DNA of 64,000 nucleotides from Phoronis australis (Eukaryota; Animalia; Phoronida), in NCBI GenBank assembly GCA_002633005.1, contig NMRA01000085.1, forward strand, positions 736,619 through 800,618. The letters run 5' to 3'. Below, piece by piece: positions 1-13,800 of the stretch; the stretch's first letter is position 1; each line of letters begins with the position of its first letter. The position numbers and the translations under genes are program-made. The notes below the pieces were generated by a model that worked only from the letters and a program-made list of their open reading frames with translations, ran no database searches and had not been told where the DNA came from.

Positions 1-1836
1 TGACAGCGTTTTGAGATTTTATTTTGGACATATGTACAATTAAAATTTGTTCATGTTATCGATACCGTTGTTTTGCTGTCAATGTACCTTTCCTTTTTTT
101 GTTGAATTTTACTAAAAAGACATGATTTAATTAATGGCAAATTGTTAAAAATCAATTTCGCATCGTGCCTGTTTTCAGAAAATGCTATACTTTTGTCGAG
201 TTGAAATTTATTATCCTGTCGATATTTGGCTAAATACGTAGACTTGTCATTATGGTCTTGTATTGCCTTAAAATACCTGCAGCTTAAGTAGTGGTTGGAG
301 AATCCTGTTGTCTCTTTCTGTGTCAGCCCAGGGCCACTTTGTACAAGGAAGTATAATTAAGATAGCTAAATAGGCCCTCTTATTGGTGTCTTGGTAGACT
401 CGGCGAGATACGGCTTTGACCCCACGACCTCACACTTGTTCGTCTGCCATGAGACCATTGGGCATCATCTGCTCTTTAATTGGCAATTTGAAAGAAATAG
501 CTCGATTCTCTGTTACACGTCTAATGTGGATGGAAAGTATTAGTTAAGTCCACAAAATAGGAATACTTGTCTAAAGCAGAACACTGTTTTACCAGCTTAC
601 CACAACACTGTCTTTTGGATGAAGCCCTCGTTTTTAACAACTGAAATTGATTGAAGGTTTTGAAAGGACGACAGAAGTGCAAAGCATGCTTTTCAACTAG
701 ACACTGTCACTATAAAAAAATGTCCTGTCACATTTGTCTTTGGTGTAACTTAATGCTTCGTTCACATGCTAGCATTTTCAGCAACATCTCATCAGTAACA
801 TTGCAAGGACCACTATTGCTGGTGCTTTGCTGGCTGTTGTGAATTACCCCTTAAGTTCTGTCATCTCTCCACCATTTTTTACCCAGACCACTCACCTATT
901 AAATAGGTGCTCATATGTGAAAGTCACTCTTTTGTTTATTGTATTAGTGAGCTTGAGGTCAAAACTGAACACTCGAGAAGCAATTTGGATTGTGAGAATA
1001 CAAACTAGCAGCCTATAAATAATGACTCCATTGTGGAGATCATCCCTGTTTGGCTAAAACACTAGTGTTTTCGCTGCTGAAAACTGGTGCCGTTTACAAT
1101 AGATTTTACTAAAAAGACGGGATCACGTGAGCTAATTAACAATAAATTAGTATCAAGTCAAAAATCAAGATCTAAGTACACAAATGCACACCATTGAGGT
1201 CCAAGATAACTTAAATCTTGAGGTTGACTATTTTGTGCAAAGTCTCGTAATTGTAATGTTAGGCAAAGGTAGTTGGGCTTTTTCATTTTTCAAAAGGCCC
1301 TTAAAATGTTGTGAATGGCCAGTTTCGCAAAACATTGTCGGGATTTAGCTACGGCATACAAGATAAGATAGCAAAGCCTTTATTTTGTGCTACTTATGTT
1401 TCGTGAAAACACTGTAAAAATTAAATTTCACTTGTCCGTCATTTTGCGTCCTAAATTGATGAGGTTATACGTCATATTTTTGTGATAAAATTACAGACTG
1501 GCTGTAGATTTGCCTAGGTATTGCACCTTTTGAAATTTTAACAGCACTTAAAGGCCATCAGTGTGTCCAATCCACTCATTTTCTACCTATTTTATGTCTT
1601 CTACCTCATTTTACTTGTCATAGGACGTAACTCAGAATTGCAGAGCTTGTTCAGGAATCTTAGAATGGTAACATAATAGTGTTTTTAGGAAGTAATGGAG
1701 CAAAATTAGTGATTGTTGCATTGATATCCCTTAAAGAATGTGCCATTTATTTTTAAATTAAGTTCCAGTAAGAGATCACGTTGTGATCACCTTTTTGAAG
1801 ACGGGACTTATTATATTCCCCTGTTCTCTGTTTTAG

Positions 1837-1895
1837 GTCATCAAAACATTGTCCAAGTTGTCAAAATCTGAAGAAGCTAAGAAATCCGGAATAGT
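1837..1895 (+). CDS. VAV: Vav exon, end of CH domain ([20 protein letters not shown])
   Basis: ttttag acceptor, gtaagt donor; resembles the C-terminal helix of the Vav CH domain. Confidence 0.85.
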
Positions 1896-4800
1896 GTAAG
1901 TATTTCACCTAGTTACTTAAAGACTGTTATGTAATAGTGACTTACAGGGATCCTGTGTTTAGAGAACCGGTTTTCTCCAATGAATAACGAGCATGAAACT
2001 GGCTCTCAAAATCCAGGACCCTTGTAGATGATTATTGCTTTAAAAACACTACCAGTAAAGTATTTGAATATGACACTAATTTTTTGTGTTAAGGGGTTTC
2101 AAAAGTTTAAATTTGTTGTTAATTTTTTTGAGATTGGTATTTTGTATTTTGATATTTGCCTCCAAACCTGTAAAACAGAATTGGAATCACCGCCCGTTTA
2201 AAATACACGGAACGAAATTAGTACAGAAAGCAATGGGACGTATTGTAGGGCGAATCTGAATCACATTTCTCATAACAGCAATGCTTGTTTAGCATTTTTG
2301 ACACTAAAACACTAAAAACTGGAAGTAAACTGACCAGAATACATTCTGCCAACGTACCTGGCAAATGGCCAAACGCCAACCTTTAGCCCCACTTCCCGTG
2401 ACGTCACAGTTAAGTCTCGCGTTATCGTGATTAACTCGCGAAAGGACTATTAGTTTTTCCATTACCGCCGCCTAACCAATGGGTGAAATTTCTGTGGTTT
2501 ATGGAAGTGACGTATGTAATTAAAATGAAGACTGAAGTCTTTTGGAAACGCATTAATTTCATTCCATGATGTCAATTTTATGTTTTCATGACTTAAATTA
2601 TTTTTCCCTTCGTGTTCCTACGTCAGTGTAAGTTGATGCTTTCTCTGGATTTTGATTTCCTCAAGTTTTAGCTTTTCCGCATCAATACAATTTTGATGCC
2701 CTCTAGTTTTCTATTAAATATGAAAGAATTGGCCGTCGTCCACTTTAGGTCAATCGGAGCTGCAAAAGTATGTGCATTTAGAGTTTTTCAAAAGTGCGCA
2801 AATTTCAAGGTCACAATTGCCTCTGTTTCTCACTAGGTGGCAGTTATGTTATAATTTTGGAGTTGTGAAAAAGTTAATTGATGCGATCAATGTAAGGCTA
2901 GAATTTTTTAAGGAAATTCAAAATTGTTGTTTTGTACCAAAGTAAGTCACACGTGATGTCTACACTTTTTGTGTTTGCCTATTGTCATTGTGAAATATGA
3001 TGCCGCCTTGATAACACAAATTCAATAAAAAATCGACGCTTTTGATGTTAAATAATCTGATTTTTCAATAAAAAGATATCATTCTAGCTTTTTATGAATT
3101 AGTCAGTGATGAAACAAAGCGAATGTTTGACGGCTTTTTGGCGAGCTGTGCTGCAGGTAGGTATCCGTGGTTGGAATCAATTGTTCTTGTACCAGTCTGC
3201 AGATGCGTCTGACGTGTGTTCTAGGGGGTTCCCTCAGGATAACAGACAGATAACTACCAACCACGACTATTACAATACACTTGAAGAGCTGGCTACGTAA
3301 GTCAATTGGTGTGGGAGTCTTGTCTTATTAGTTGTTGTGTAACCCCGGAACATGCATGGGAAAACTGGTCTTTCTGAGATGCTTGGTTTGGCTAGTGGGG
3401 CCATGAGAATGCTTTGACCCGAATTTAGGATCAAATTCGTGACATGAATTTTGAATGCAAATGAGGCAGTGGGGATAGGACTACTAGTCCTAGCTACTGG
3501 CGCTCTTTCAGAATATTATCTTACTTTCATATATGACATAACTCACCTCTAGTGAGTGCAACATAACTTTTACGAGAATTCTATCCATAATGAAGCCTTG
3601 CACAGGTCATGCCTCACTGATCAAATCAAGCTGTGTGTTAACTCATGCATGTTCATGTAGTCTTTATGTTGTATAGAGTCCCTGACACAGGCATGCGATA
3701 ACCATCTATTTTTAGTGGCTTTCCTCCCAGCGCTAGCAACAGAACTTCTTACGATGACGAAGATATTTACAACAACTTAGAGGATTTGGCTACGTAAGTC
3801 CCCTTTAACTGTTAAAGCTGATTTGCAAAAGGCCGTTCAAGAATTAAGCCTCAGAGGGTGGGGGAAATGGAAAAGTGTGCGATATTTCCAACAATCGGGA
3901 ATCACATGTCTCGACTGAAATGCGGAACAAATTTTAACAGAATTAAATTTGTGCTGACTTAGTCTGCGTACCATGATAATATTGGTTTTATCTCGTTCCT
4001 TACGCAGTTCAGAAATAATCTGTATGCACAGGAAGAACTCACAGTATGTTATTTCTGAAGTCCAAGGTTANNNNNNNNNNNNNNNNNNNNNNNNGCGTAC
4101 GGGTTCGATACTGTTTTAAGAATTCAAGGAGAAACTGTTAAGCATGTGTGGTTTTGGATAGGCCCGCATGGCTTAGTTTGTACATAGTGTGTGCACGTTT
4201 TTTGTTGTTCAAATTTCAGTCCGCCTTTCCGATGATGACGCCATTTTTTATAACAGGTTCAAAGGTCACACAGTTCATGTGCATACAATCTTGTATTCAA
4301 TGTTTCCTCATCTGGATTCAATAAAATGTCCTTAATTTGTACTGGTTGTAAACACTAAAGTGTTGTAGGGTGCATGGTTTTGTTGATTCAAGTATGATCT
4401 TTGAACTTGTGTTTCATTCTGTGGTGTTCTGGACACCAAAGTGACCCAGAGCATGTGACATTTTTTTAGTGTTAATCCAATGTGCAATCTCAAACACCAG
4501 TCACGTGTTTCGCAGAGGCAAGCTCACAAAAACACAAGATTCTTGCTTTCATGAAACTCTATTGCCAGTTTTCATCATTTTGCGACCTGTTTTGTGGTAA
4601 AGTTGTTCAGCACCGTGGTAGTAAATTTCACCCTCCACTTTCACTTGCCAACATATGGAGTTTTTGATCTTTACAAAGCTTCATTAGGACAAAGCTGGTT
4701 CTGTGTAAAGCCTGTGGTTTTGGAATTGGCAAAAATGCATTGAGATAACCAGAAACTCATGAACTTTACTTTAACCTGGGAGTAATATTGGTCCTAGCTT

Positions 4801-7800
4801 TAACCCAGTTTAACACAACCTTGACCTAGTTGGGCCTAACCTTGACCCATTTAACAGGTGAATGTGGCATGTACCCTTTCCTGATTATTTGTTCATTTTG
4901 GTGATGTTATAAGTTACATTTTCTCATCCAATGTTTATTGGATCTGGCTCAGTTAATATGTAATTTGTTGTATTGCCTTAACATGTTATTTGTGAAGAAA
5001 TGTCACCTAGATTTAGTAAACTTGCCATGTATGCTTATTTTTTCATGGAATGTTTGTTACCCTGTCTTATTGAATTTCACAAAATAACCTGAGCTGCATT
5101 CTGTGTTTGTGGCAAGAAATCCAGTTCACTTATGGATCAATATCCATGAATTCTATCTCATATTTCATGAATTCCTTCCCATAATCCAATATCCCAACCT
5201 CACTGACCAATCACTTCAGTGGTGGCCAATTCGATAGGTTACGCAGGTAAGGTCTTCAACTTACTCACGAAACACTCGCCTTTCACTCGGTTCATTTTAT
5301 GTGGTCTTCCTTTTTTGTAAGCTGTTGTGCAAAATGCATTGTATTTAAATAGCTTAAGACGGGTTCCTTTGCTACAATGCAATGGATTTGTATTTTTTTT
5401 AAATCTCCAACACTGTGGCATATTTTATTTGTTTGCCTGTACTTTTATTTTTTCACCACGTGATTTCCAAATATAATGGATGAGATTTTCATAAGTTAGT
5501 GTGAGATATCTATGTGTAAAATCAACAAAAGAGAACGGTTCTGGTTTTGGCCAAATACAAAAAAATAATGAGTAGAATCCGTGTTCACCAGGATGTGAAT
5601 GTGAACTATGGGTTGACCTCAAGTTTGAACTTTGAACCCTCTCTTTTGAACTTTGAACTTTGACTTGTAGTGACTTGCCTGATGAAGATGTGTATGCTCC
5701 ACTGTCCCAAGATGACGACCAAGAGATCTACGAAGACCTCTGTTCCGTGAGACGTCGCCATCGAGTAAAGGATAAGGCGGGTCATGTGTGTATTTTAATG
5801 GCAAATTTAACCTTTTTTTCGCAATTGTAGAGAAGAGCTCATTTGTGGTATTTTTGTGTTAAATAATGTTGAACATGTATTATCTGCAAGTTTTTGTATT
5901 TTGTCAATGGGCCCAGTCTCAATTTTGTCACCCGGTGAGCTGCGTTCACTACCACAGTTTTAGCCAAGTGTTAATTTTCATTACATCAATTCTCCTTTTT
6001 GTTTTGAAAAAGATATTTAATTGCCAAAATTGTGATTTTTCTAAGACTAACTACGAGATGTATGTAAACCGCATTTGCTCGTGTAACAGTTTCCCTGTCC
6101 TCGGAATATTTTTGATAGTGTAAAGCTTTGTTTCAGGATTCTCTCACCGTCTTCCCAGAACCCAAAACTAAGCGTGAACATTGTCTGAAAGAACTTGTGG
6201 AAACGGAGAAAAATTACGTGGACGCTTTGAACATGATTGTAAAAGTGAGTATGGCATCCCATCTTGGTTTTGGCCAAACCACAGTTAAGGCGTTGAGTGA
6301 AGCTAGATTTGAGATATGCTCTCGTTTCGTCTGTCATTTTCAGGGTTTTCCCTGAAGATGATGAACTGTTAGGTCCTTCAACATTCTGGATGATATATTT
6401 GGTGTGTGTATTTTTGCATATTTGTGATATATGTTATGCACAGTATAAAAGACAAAAAAGCAATAGTTGGTTCGGTTCTTTTTTGAAAACCGAATTAGTG
6501 ATATTTTTAGTTGCTCACGTTTACAAGAATGAGAGTCCTCCTCAGACAACCAAGATTGGTGCGTGATCTTTTATTCATTGCTTGGCAAATTATGGCGTTT
6601 CAAACTCTGCTTCTCCTTTCTTATGTACTTTTGTGTAGATTTCAGAAGAAAAACACCATGCCTTGGCCAAATTTGATAGGGTGGGTCATTTTTCAGTCGG
6701 TGAGCGACGGTCTGAGAATGTGTCCGGGCATACAACAAATTATTCTTTTGGCCTAACGGTGTTTTTTTTAAAGTTTCATAATAAATGAATAGTATATTGC
6801 CTGTGTGTATGATGCGTTCTACTCTTTGATTCGACATCCATGAAAAAAGCACAATCAGTGTTGAGGCATTCCATTTTTGTGAAAAAAGATGAAGTTTTGT
6901 GGATATAAATTCAGATAGACATTAAATTTTAATTATGACGCAGAAACACAATCGCGTAAAAACAAGAAAATTAACCCTCTTTGGAGATGGGGTGACGTGT
7001 AATCCAAGATGTGTGATTGCTCGGTTACTAAGTGTTACAAGCCTATCGTTATACGAGTCAGAGAAGAACCTACAAGGATGGCAGATCAGCTGTTATTCTT
7101 TAGACTTGGGAAGAAATAAGCATGTCTTTTGTCATCGAAACTGAAATGCTGGCAACCACTGGAGTTACCGCCATGATGGTTGTCTTGAATTGAGCACTAG
7201 TGGGACATGCCCACCTTTTGAGAACCAGTTTGATAACCTTCATTCAGTGGAGAAAACTGGTTCTCAAAATGCATCATTTTTCCTAAAAGTGGAGAAGTGT
7301 TTCAATCAATGTGTCGGTGGGATAGGGACTATTTTCGCAATTTTAGAGTTGACCAAGTCCGACAATCTCTGAAATGTTTTCTTCGGTTGGAATTTTAGGA
7401 TTGTCAAACACTCCAGTATTTTCTCAAGTCATTGATAGTTTGATATTTTTGTTGGTAACAGAAGTTTAATCCTGTCACGATCATAAGGCTTCTTGCGAGG
7501 CAGATTTTATGGTCGTAACGGGCTTAGTTCCATTTTTGTTTGTTAGCCAACTAAACAAAGGAAAATGAACTCATCTGATACTTGACATGACAAGATCATA
7601 AGTAGTCATATTGTATTAATTTTCTCCGTCTTCAGTTTTTCATCAAACCTCTCAGGAACTTGATGACACCGCAAGACAGGAAGATCATCTTCAGCCACAT
7701 AGAGGAGCTGGCCGGCATCCATCAGGCGTTCCACAGTGAGCTGCTCAAGTCGGTAAAGACAAACGACCCAAAGCTGAGCGCCTGCTTTATTAAATGGAAG

Positions 7801-10800
7801 AACAAGTTTCTTCTCTACGGCCAGTACTGCTCAACCTTGCCTGCCGCGCAGGAGCATATCGATGAGCTCTCGCAGCGTTCGCCCCCGCTCAGGCAAAGCA
7901 TTCTGGTATGTGGTAGGATAGCAGTAGTCAACTCACCTGTTGTACAGAGAATGTTTTTAGTGGCCTCGCACAGAGGTCACCCTCACTCAAGCCGATTATT
8001 CTGGGATCTGTTATAAGTGTGATGTAACTGCTGAATGTAGTCAATAACAGCTTAACAGCAACACCTATCAGTACCTAGCAGGGTTTACTCTCTACTGTTA
8101 CTGTTGAGTATGGATATTTCTTGGAAACTAAACATTATAATTGCTCCTCTACACAGGAAACGCAATTTTGCGATTTTGAAGTTTTGCGAATTATTCATTC
8201 TTGTTTTATTGCTTTTGCAGGATTGTCAGATGGAGGCTAACGACGGGAAGTTCAAGTTACGTGACCTTCTATCTGTTCCAATGCAAAGAGTTCTCAAATA
8301 TCACTTACTTTTAAGAGTAAGTACTTCACAGTACCATTAATTATTTGCATTTGGCTCTCTGTGGGGGGTCTTAAAGGTTAGAGGTCCATTTAGTATGTAA
8401 CTACCTTTTGGTAAACATACAGTTCCCTGTTTATCTTGAAGTGACTTTTTCAGTGTTAATTGTGTTGAACAAGTTGAAGAATCTCAATTTCATCAAAATT
8501 GTGATAAAAATACCAGAATGAAAATAACATTAAATGATTTTCAAGTTATCCAGAAAACTTTGGCTCCGAATTTTACCAATTTTTTCATCGGGGAATTTCA
8601 TTGACTGTGTTTTAGCAAGTTCGGGTGTTTGAACACGGGTTGTGGTAATTTTGGATTGTATTATGTAGGTGCTATAGCAAGCACCTGTAAACTCTGCAGT
8701 ATATAGGGGGATTTAACAGCGGAGTGTCGACGCTGCGGTGCGGTGTGAACGGTCAACTCATTGAAGTTATCGCCAGGGGCCACTGCTATCATCAGCAATT
8801 AAATGGCAGTGTAGTCGCAAATAGTTGCTTGTATTTTGCTCTAATAACCACCAAACGAATTAGAAATAAGTTTTATGTCAATCAGCACACGTAAATGTTC
8901 TGAAATTGTCACATTAAAAAAATCTTAGCGTTGAGGGGATGCATCAGCACTACCTTGCGATTATTTCGATGCCAACAGCATCACCTACCATTTACTTCGA
9001 TGCCGTTAAGTACCGAAGCTGGTATGAATGATTCAATCAACTTCACAGTTTACATTCACGCTCCACTCATACCAGAGTTAAGTTCACATGAAAATACCTT
9101 TAGTTAATTAACAAATTTCTTCCTTCTTTTTTCAGATGTAGTTTTACTTTCACGATACTGTCAAAACTTGTTTTTGGCCTAATTAGAAGCAGCAAATGGA
9201 AAACAAAAACGGCGCACTCTATTGTGAAGTTATGGTATTCTGTTCTGTTTTGTTTGATGATTTTACCCGAGGATAGCGTTTTGTCTAAAATATCGTCTCG
9301 AAACGTCGTTCATGCTGTTCTCTAGCTCCCTTGTTGTTCGTAACCTTCTGTCAATGCTTAGCTGATTTACCAGTTTTGTTTCAGGAATTAATAAAAAATA
9401 CCGACAAAACAGATGAGAATAAGGCTGGATTAGAGGAAGCGCTGATGGCCATGCAGGTCTGTGGAATTAATTATTTATAAACTGACAACGGGAATTAGCT
9501 AATCATTTGGACCCAACATGTTGTTATTAATTTCAATGATGGAACAGAATTCCGTTTGGTAATAGTTACTTACAGGTATCGCTCATTTTGAGAACCAGTT
9601 TTCTTAACTGAATTACAGGCATCAAACTGGTTCTCGCAGTATATTCGTCACTCCTGTGTTCAAGAGGGCTCCCTCCAAACTTTTCCCTTTAATTAACCTC
9701 ATGTGGATTAATTGAAGATTTCATGGCATTGTGGGTGGACATATTTTTGTTGTTAATTTTACCAGTCTTTGTGGACATAATACCATTCCATGGTCATGTT
9801 GGGTAATAACCGGTAATGACTGTTCATTACGGGTCATTCTAGTCACTCTGATGGTGAATTCTGTTTGGACTCAACCATCAATTACTGGCCACTTTGTCTG
9901 ATTATTTTTGACTTATACTGTATATCCCAATACTGTCAGAACCTTTTGTTGGTTCCATTATTTAATGCCTTCCACGCCCTCTGGTGTCATACTTAAGCGG
10001 CATACTGGATTGCTATTAAAACTGCAATGATAATTTGGACATTATATTACGTGTGTATTGATAACAAACTGTAATATTCATAATCGTAATGATGATAATA
10101 ATTGTCAACTGCTGCTTTTGAACCATTGTCCGTTGTTTGACCTTTAACCTTTTATTTCCAGGACCTAGCACTCTATGTGAACGAGGTCTGTTGTTTGACC
10201 TTTAACCTTTTATTTCCAGGACCTAGCACTCTATGTGAACGAGGTGAAGCGTGATGATGAGAATATAAAATTGATACTTGAAATCCAGAGCAGTATTGTT
10301 GACCTACAGATGGTGAGTATTGGTGACTAAGAAAGACTGAAATCCAGAGCAGTATTGTTGACCTACAGATGGTGAGTATTGGTGACTAAGAAAGACTGAA
10401 ATCCAGAGCAGTATTGTTGACCTACAGATGGTGAGTATTGGTGACTAAGAAAGACATAATAGCTACGTCCTGTATTGAATGTGTAGTAATATAATGCATT
10501 GTAGGATTTATCTAGTTTTCGAAAGGTTGCGCATTTCTGAGCTTACACTGACAAGTTTCGGGGCCCCATACATCTCAACTTTCAAGGATTACCCGAAGGT
10601 CTTGCTGATCTCACTCAAAGTTTATTCGGTTATAAGTAAAGAATCTTTCGTGTTAAAATTAGTTTTGTTTATTAAATGCTGGAATTAGATGTGATTTTTA
10701 TTACTTTTTCTAAAATTTCATCGAATAGTCCGTGCTTCCTCAGTCGTCTCATGGATTCTTACGGAAAAAGTACGGAATTCCTTCAAAATTTTCCAAGTAT

Positions 10801-13800
10801 TGTTCGTAGTGAGTTGACATTATTGTATGCCAGCCAATCAGTTTGTCAAATTAAAATGAACTAGGCATAAGAATGACGAATGAAAAAAAATGTAAGAAAA
10901 AGTAACACAGTTTAATGCAAGATTGTTTGATCATACCAATTTGTTGCAAGGAAGTATCGTTTAGACCTCACTGACTAAACACTGTAGCTACTGCTTGAAT
11001 ACTTACCGAAGTGCTTACAGTGAAAATTTTCTAGTTTTGGACAATGAAAAATTAATTAGTTTGCTCAAGGTTAGAGCTTGTACAAAATTTTAGAAATTTG
11101 CGATATTCATCATTCCGATTTCAGGAGTTACCATCAATGATGAGTGATGTTACACACTATGTGGATACATGAAAAAGTTGCGTTTCCAGCTAGTTTTTGG
11201 GGATTTCATAAAATACCAAGTCTTGTTTTCAGATTCTTTCCATACAAAACGCAGTGTCCGATGAACATGAAAATTGGCCATGTCCCAATCTATGGAATCA
11301 AGAAAATTTTACTTGAATTTCTGTGTTCCTAATTTTAGAAGCTGTTCCAAAGCAGAGAATTTTTATCGTACATGGCATGTCGAGCCAAATTCAGTTTTCA
11401 TGACTTTCGTGTACTAGTTTATACCAAATATTGTGTTTCTAAAAATGATCGAAAAATCATTAATTGATAGGACTCGTCACTCAGTTGAGAAAGCACTTCT
11501 TTAACTACTAGTGAGAAAAGTTGAACTGAAATGCAGTAAAAATTCTCCAGTTTGGCAGTCTCCAAACTCTGAAATCCATGCTGAAATTGGATTTCCTGAA
11601 ATTTGGGACATGGGTGATTTTTGCATGCATCATACCTCTCAAATTAAGGACCAGAACGTGTTTCTGCATATTAACAGTGTCTGAAAATATATTTGGAAGT
11701 TCATAAAAAGTAAACGCTGATCATTTAAATGTCAGCAAAAACTGCTGCCAATGTTGCAGAATTAAGATACCCATTACTGCAAATTTCCCAAATTTGGTAA
11801 AAGCGACGAGCTTTAACAAAATAATATTTGTCTACTTTCCTGAACTGAAAACTTTTTAAGTAAGTTTTGCATCTTGCACAGAAGGCGCTCCCACATTCAA
11901 CATTCTAACCTTCGTAAAATGTCAACGGAAGGGCGAGAAAAATCCACCTTAAATGCTACTTTTCTCGTAAAAGGATCATTGACTAATTCTGGGTCCACTT
12001 AGTGACAGTGAAGCATGGCTTGATTATCGTTTTAGACCAAGTGTGCAACAATTTTTTTAAAAAAAAGTTGCCAGATTTGTCTTTTTCATTTTACCCAAAG
12101 CCTACTGCATTGTCAAATATTTTCAAATTCTCACTAAGTGTTGGATAACGTCACAGCCACACAATGCAGACTGTGCTGACAACAAATAGTTTATATAATA
12201 TTCTTATTTATTTTTGTTGGAAATTTTGATTTATCATTTCCTGTTCTCAATTGTATTATGGTTCTGAGAGAGTTGGAAATGACTGGTTTGGCATGATTGC
12301 TGTTTCATTCATTTGTTTGTAGCCTGAAAACACCACACTCAAAGATTATGGTCGATTAGTGAAGGATGGAGAACTCAAAGTGCGTCCACATGAAGAAAAC
12401 AGGACACACAATAGGTATGACGCGTTCACATGGTACACTTTTAGTAGTGACATTTGAAAATTTGATTGAAGGACATTTCAGTTCTTAACTGTATATTTTT
12501 AAATAGATGCGAAGTATTGTAGTGAACAATTTTAAACGAAAAAAGTCAAAAACTTAGTTCATGCGCTTTTGAAAATAAAAGATTATGGAGTTTGTTCATA
12601 AGGTCCGAAGAGAAAATTATTATTGTGTAAGTAGCCCAAAAGAAACGAGAAAATTTGGGTGGTGAATGAAAGAGTAACTGTATTCAGGGTTAACCGTGGA
12701 AATACACAAAGGTCAGAGGTCACAACATCACAGACCAAACAAAACATATGTTACACTTCCCTTCCATACACAAGTGTGTTGATGGGAACTAAAAGCAACT
12801 TTGTATCATTTTGAATTCTCATACTCGTTTGGTTTTGTAGTTCTGCTGTTCTTTGACGTTATAACCTTTTTATGTTAGAAAATTTAATATAGAAACAGGT
12901 ATAACACTTTAAAATCCGGTAAAAATATTTATTTGAAAACTCTAGCTTTCGAGCCTAAATGGGTGCGGCTCCTCTTCAGACACGAAGATTAAGTAAACCT
13001 TTCAAGCCACTTGGTCTTCGTAACTGATTAGTAGCTGCACCCTTTAAGCTTGTGTTTTTTCAGATTTTTAAGTGTTTCTGCCTTGTCTGATTTTATTCTA
13101 CCTGGACTTATGTTATTTTTAATTTTTTGTTTTAGATACATTTTCTTGTTTGACAAAGTTATGCTGATGTGCAAATCTCGGGTAAGTCCATATATTGCCA
13201 GTTGTGGCACAAGACACAAGGCTCCTTGCGTATCACTCGTCCACGGTCGTGTAAAGCTTGTCGCCTTTTCTGTTGTACCTCACTCACTCGCTGCTAATGA
13301 CCTTCACCTTTGGTAATTTCACAACCTTGACCTTGGTTGACGATGACCTTCACCTTGGTTGTCAGAGCTTTCGCTGACACTCTAAACTTATAACATTCTG
13401 AAATGTTGCCTTTTCACTGCCACGTCAAACTCTGCCAATTAAATGCATGAATCGTGTTGTGAAAATCGATGTCCTTTCTACGTTTTAAGTTATTTAAGTT
13501 CAGTTTTATCAGGCTTTGGCATATGAATTAGCAAAAAGCCAGCATGCCGCATAGATTTTTATCATGTTGTTAGAAAGCTTTTCGTGTGTATTTTCTGTCG
13601 AAATTGACCGATGAAATTTTCATCTTTTTGGCAAACTAAATTTGAGTGTGATTGAGAGGAAAAAACGATTCAGCTTGAGATTAAATTTAGGGAATTGTTT
13701 AAAATCTTTGGACTTGTTAGTAACATTAAACAAATTAAAATCGTAGCGTCTTGTAAATAGATTAATTCAAAGCTTTCATTCAATTCAAAGTAAAATAGAA

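Noticed and set aside
3106-3224. In-frame ATG extension or alternative first exon upstream of acidic exon A
   Set aside because: The CAG/gtaggt donor at 3157 is out of phase with the next exon for both nearby ATGs, and the read-through peptide has no coding character
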